From assembly GCA_965369865.1 (NCBI GenBank), contig CBDURU010000064.1:1-19998 (forward strand): a stretch of DNA of 19,998 bases. Reading direction: 5' to 3'. Numbering within the stretch: position 1 is the stretch's first letter; the number at the start of each line of letters is the position of its first letter. The notes beneath the pieces were generated by a model, which searched no databases, was not told the DNA's origin, and was given only the letters and a program-made list of their open reading frames with translations. Position numbers and translations under genes: made by a program. Origin of the DNA: an uncultured bacterium. Its GTDB lineage: Bacteria > JAJVIF01 > JAPKYR01. This document shows, in pieces, positions 16,548-19,998 of this stretch.

Positions 16548-16619
16548 GATTAACCGGATTATTGATTAAACCGAGTTAAATCACATTAACGGGTTTGGTA
16601 ATAAAAATCAATCATAATC

Positions 16620-17708
16620 TTAAAGCACCACCGTAAGCAGGAGAATTATGCCCACAATCACGACCAAACCAATCAGGATTGGAAAGATACCCAGGATATC
16701 CGGAGCTGCCTTTTCAGACAGAGTGGTTTCACTTCTGACGGTCCTTTTTGTCCTGACAAGAATATCATTAAATGAGAGCACGTTAATATAAATCCCCTTG
16801 GCAACCTTCAACCGGACCTTACGCCTTTCACCGGTCAGCGGTGCGATATCAACCACCATAGCCCGGATCGGGCGCCAAAACCCAAGTTTATAAGCACCGA
16901 TCAGGCGACCGACCGTAACCGCCACATCGCTTCGGTCAAGGATCTCGACATAAGCCTTGTCACCGACTTCAATCTCTTTCACAAGGGACCCTTCAACAGG
17001 ATCGATTACGAACCGTCCGACCAGGTACACCTGTAATCCAGGACTGGCAGTTGATTCTTCCTTGCTGTCCTTATTTTCGACCGATTCGGTCTCCAGGCCA
17101 AACCTGCTGCTGTTGGCCTGGAAGTCACTCTCAGATATGAATTCGTAACTGAGTTCCACATTTGCCCGGTCGACAATAATCTCTCCAATGATTGCCTCCA
17201 GCAGTTGTTTAAGGATTGGGCCAACCTGGTTGTAAGTGTCTGGTTCATTCTCTGAAATAATCTGGACCTCTGGCTCGTCCCATAAATCGAAAAGATAATT
17301 GAGAGCTGTACCATTCAATTTTTTTGAAATCCCGGTCCTTAGTTTCTGTGAATCATAAACTTTAAAACCGGCAGAATGTTCATTGAAGTATTGTCTGATT
17401 TCATCAAAAAAGTCTACGGATGGCAGTTTGAGCGGGATGCTCGAGATATATTCCAGGTCTGTCTCAAAAATCACCCTAAAAAGAATGAAATCACTTCTGC
17501 CCTTTTCGGTCAGGATAAAAATAAGCCCCGCGTTAGTTCTCCTGCCTGAGATGAACCTAGCCTTGATCGCAAGGTACCGGGGCATTAGCTCAAGGATTAT
17601 TTTACGTGCTCCATCGATCTCGCCATTCGCTTCATCCACTGCGAGGCGAACGATATCCTCTTTCACGTTAAATTCCTTAACCAGTGTTGTAACAATTCCT
17701 TCTTCCAT
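16620..17708 (-). CDS. Uncharacterised protein with C-terminal TM helix, DUF4899-like, possible N-terminal UBA-like three-helix domain
   Basis: VIDPVEG..VKEIEVGD...VEILDRS resembles DUF4899-type proteins (from memory, not searched). C-terminal ILGIFPILIGLVVIVGIILLLTVVL is a TM helix. N-terminal VRLAVDEANGEIDGARKIILE resembles EF-Ts/UBA-type helices. GGAG RBS. Confidence 0.7.
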   Translation of the reverse strand: MEEGIVTTLVKEFNVKEDIVRLAVDEANGEIDGARKIILELMPRYLAIKARFISGRRTNAGLIFILTEKGRSDFILFRVIFETDLEYISSIPLKLPSVDFFDEIRQYFNEHSAGFKVYDSQKLRTGISKKLNGTALNYLFDLWDEPEVQIISENEPDTYNQVGPILKQLLEAIIGEIIVDRANVELSYEFISESDFQANSSRFGLETESVENKDSKEESTASPGLQVYLVGRFVIDPVEGSLVKEIEVGDKAYVEILDRSDVAVTVGRLIGAYKLGFWRPIRAMVVDIAPLTGERRKVRLKVAKGIYINVLSFNDILVRTKRTVRSETTLSEKAAPDILGIFPILIGLVVIVGIILLLTVVL

Positions 17709-17724
17709 GACTAACTACTCCAAA

Positions 17725-18054
17725 TCACCCCGCCGATTCCACAACCTCTTCCAGCGGTGTTTCCTCTAATTCGGCCATCGCCTGTTCCATTGCCAGTTCT
17801 TCCATGATTTTCCGTTCCATCGCTTTTCGAGCAAGTTCACGCTGGGCAGCCTGGCGGACATATTTCTCAGTCAGGTTTCCAATCATCAGACCGCCGCCTC
17901 CAAACACCAGACCACCGATCACGCCCATAACACAGGTCCACAGGATATCGCTGTTCGAAAATACCCCAGCCAGGATAACCAGCATGAAAGAACTGGCTGC
18001 CGATATAATCCCAATTTTTCTTCCGATCTCAGTCAAATTCTTAGCATGCCCCAT
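17725..18054 (-). CDS. Small membrane protein (2 TM helices + charged helical/acidic tail)
   Basis: Hydrophobic segments IGIISAASSFMLVILAGVF and ILWTCVMGVIGGLVFGGGGLMIG; Glu-rich tail; 16 nt from the next gene, so probably co-transcribed. Confidence 0.82.
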   Translation of the reverse strand: MGHAKNLTEIGRKIGIISAASSFMLVILAGVFSNSDILWTCVMGVIGGLVFGGGGLMIGNLTEKYVRQAAQRELARKAMERKIMEELAMEQAMAELEETPLEEVVESAG

Positions 18055-18261
18055 TCTTACTTAAATTGCGTACAGGATTTCGCAACCGAGAATGATATCT
18101 CGATCCGAACCCTCTTTACTCTAATTAGTATCGGGAACCGAAGGCAGCTATTGCAGCTATGGGTGACTATTTCAGGACTTGGAAAGTGTTTTTCTCGAAC
18201 TTCGGGAACAAGGCATTTTTTCCCTTATATACAATGATAAAGTCAGGTTAATCACTGGAGA

Positions 18262-18289
18262 AAATCGGCATCTCCCCGTGATTTATTTA
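18262..18289 (-). promoter_or_regulatory. Candidate sigma-28 (FliA/WhiG) promoter upstream of the operon containing fliA
   Basis: Minus strand reads TAAA-N16-GCCGATTT versus consensus TAAA-N15/16-GCCGATAA. Confidence 0.5.
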
Positions 18290-18356
18290 ATTTCAAGTAG
18301 AATTGGTCTGAATGGTTTTTTTTTAATTATGAGACACGCTCTAATGCACGGGGCTA

Positions 18357-19823
18357 TCAATGGTCCTTTGCAGGGATAGTCAGGATGAATTCCGTTCCGC
18401 CGTCAGGATGGTTGCCGCCAGTGATATCGCCGCCATGATTTTTCGCGATCGAGTAACAGACGCTCAAACCGAGACCTGTTCCCTCGCCTGGTGGTTTTGT
18501 TGTAAAGAACGGGTCGAAAATCCTTCGAAGATATTCCTCCGGAATCCCAGGCCCCGTATCCCGCATCCTTATTTCTATCAATTCATCCACCCCATCCCGC
18601 GACTTCTCAATCATCCTTGTGGAAATCTCTAACCTGCCGCCAGTATCTTTCATCGCCTGAGCGGCGTTCATCGCGAGATTATGAAAAATCTGCTGGAGCT
18701 GTTTCGGATCGACCACAACCTCCGGCAGGTTCTCGGCGAGATTCCATTCGACATCGATCTTACTGAAAATAGGGTGAAATTTGAAAAATTCAAGCACCTG
18801 GATAATCAATTGATTTATATCCGACTTGTACGGCCGGATCATCGACGGGTTCGCATATTCCAGTAGCCGCCTGATAATGTCCTTTACCCTGTCGATATTC
18901 GCAAGCACCATCTGGTAAGGTTCCTCGTTACCGCCCTCACGCCTGACTCGTTTTGCAAGCGTATCAATGACAGTGTAAATCCCGGCGAGCGGGTTATTAA
19001 TCTCGTGGGCGATACCGGCAGCGAGGAACCCGGTGCTGGCAAGTTTATCCGCCTGGAGAAGCTGCTCCTCGACCTTAACAAGCTCAGTCCGGTTTTCCAT
19101 TAATACCAGGACAGCTTCAATTTTATCGGTTACATCCCTTAACGGGACAGCGATCAAACTCACCGTCAGGTCATCGGGACCGGTATCGGACAGTGATTTA
19201 TTAATTACAGAGGTTTCCTTTCCTTCGAAACCCGATTCGATAGCCTCGACAAGCTCAGGATTCAATTTGTCCGCGATTGATTCGAAATGGCGGTTAATCA
19301 GCGTGTGCGGACTGCCGGCGCCGATCATCATTGTGAATGCCCTGTTGCAGGCCATGAATCTACGATCGTTGTCGAGGGTGAAAATCCCGATTGGCGCCGT
19401 ACGTATAATCGAGCTTGCAAGTTCGGCGTTCTTTCGACTTTCCTCCTCGAATTTTTTTCTTTGGGTGATGTCCTGGGCTATTACGAGCACACGCTCCACC
19501 TCACCCGATTCTCCTTTTATCGAACTGGCGGAAATGTATGCAGGGAAGACAGTACCGTCATTTCTCTGAAGCAGAAGCTCCCCGTGCCAGTTCGTGTTTC
19601 CAAGTGTCCGCTCGAAAAGGTCTTCGAGGAGGGACCTTGAAAATTCTTCAATACCCTCAAGGAGGTCCCTTCCTATTAATCCTTTTTGGGATATTCCAAA
19701 CGCATCCGCCGCGGATTTATTCGCAAAGGTGATTTTCCTCTTTCTGTCGCATGCAAGGACGATATCAAATGCATCCTCAAGGAAACGCTGCAACATAACC
19801 GATTGATCAGCCGTGACACCCAT
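18357..19823 (-). CDS. Cytoplasmic PAS-PAS sensor histidine kinase (NtrB-like HisKA/HATPase)
   Basis: Two PAS domains ([13 protein letters not shown]...DITQRK; IFTLD...CNRAF). H-box [13 protein letters not shown]-box [15 protein letters not shown]1 DTGPGI, F-box [10 protein letters not shown]2 GTGLGL. No TM segment. Confidence 0.96.
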   Translation of the reverse strand: MGVTADQSVMLQRFLEDAFDIVLACDRKRKITFANKSAADAFGISQKGLIGRDLLEGIEEFSRSLLEDLFERTLGNTNWHGELLLQRNDGTVFPAYISASSIKGESGEVERVLVIAQDITQRKKFEEESRKNAELASSIIRTAPIGIFTLDNDRRFMACNRAFTMMIGAGSPHTLINRHFESIADKLNPELVEAIESGFEGKETSVINKSLSDTGPDDLTVSLIAVPLRDVTDKIEAVLVLMENRTELVKVEEQLLQADKLASTGFLAAGIAHEINNPLAGIYTVIDTLAKRVRREGGNEEPYQMVLANIDRVKDIIRRLLEYANPSMIRPYKSDINQLIIQVLEFFKFHPIFSKIDVEWNLAENLPEVVVDPKQLQQIFHNLAMNAAQAMKDTGGRLEISTRMIEKSRDGVDELIEIRMRDTGPGIPEEYLRRIFDPFFTTKPPGEGTGLGLSVCYSIAKNHGGDITGGNHPDGGTEFILTIPAKDH

Positions 19824-19944
19824 ACAGGATTAATATCATTTAAAGTGGTTCAATAATTGAGGGTACTACTGTTTTAAAGAATTATTAATAATGAAAAACC
19901 CCGCCATTTAATACCATTTCCAGAAAATAACATTTATTTCAGGT

Positions 19945-19998
19945 GCGCCGGCATTGCTGGCGGCCGTTTTTGTTTGGTGCCGACAGGACTGTAGGCGC
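19945..19998. repeat. Degenerate GC-rich inverted repeat, possibly a second REP-like family (may be cut by the window edge)
   Basis: GCGCCGGCATTGCTGGCGGC versus the reverse complement of 19979-19998 (GCGCCTACAGTCCTGTCGGC): 15/20 match; each arm is itself an imperfect palindrome. Confidence 0.4.

Overview
Bacterial chromosomal window; no taxon can be assigned from the sequence alone. The left 12 kb is accessory, cell-envelope-related DNA. It holds three large minus-strand lipoproteins that share an unnamed N-terminal module of about 300-390 aa but carry different C-terminal heads: PKD plus SBBP propeller, TolB/PD40-like propeller, and an unrecognised acidic beta-rich domain. The first (<1..2434, >811 aa) is missing from the ORF track because it runs off the left edge. 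The region also has a stand-alone SBBP propeller lipoprotein, a tandem pair of small Cx4Cx18Cx3C proteins, a tandem pair of C-terminally anchored 15-residue-repeat proteins, and one orphan ORF. The right 8 kb contains a dodecin, proS, a WG-repeat lipoprotein with a fresh 102-bp duplication, and a REP-like inverted doublet. It ends in a minus-strand block: PAS-PAS histidine kinase, 2-TM protein, DUF4899-like membrane protein and a FliA/WhiG (sigma-28) factor, with a candidate sigma-28 promoter and no flagellar genes in view. No rRNA, tRNA, CRISPR array, transposase or reverse transcriptase was seen. The best candidates for undescribed systems are the modular lipoprotein family, the non-flagellar sigma-28/membrane-protein module and the two small paralogue pairs.
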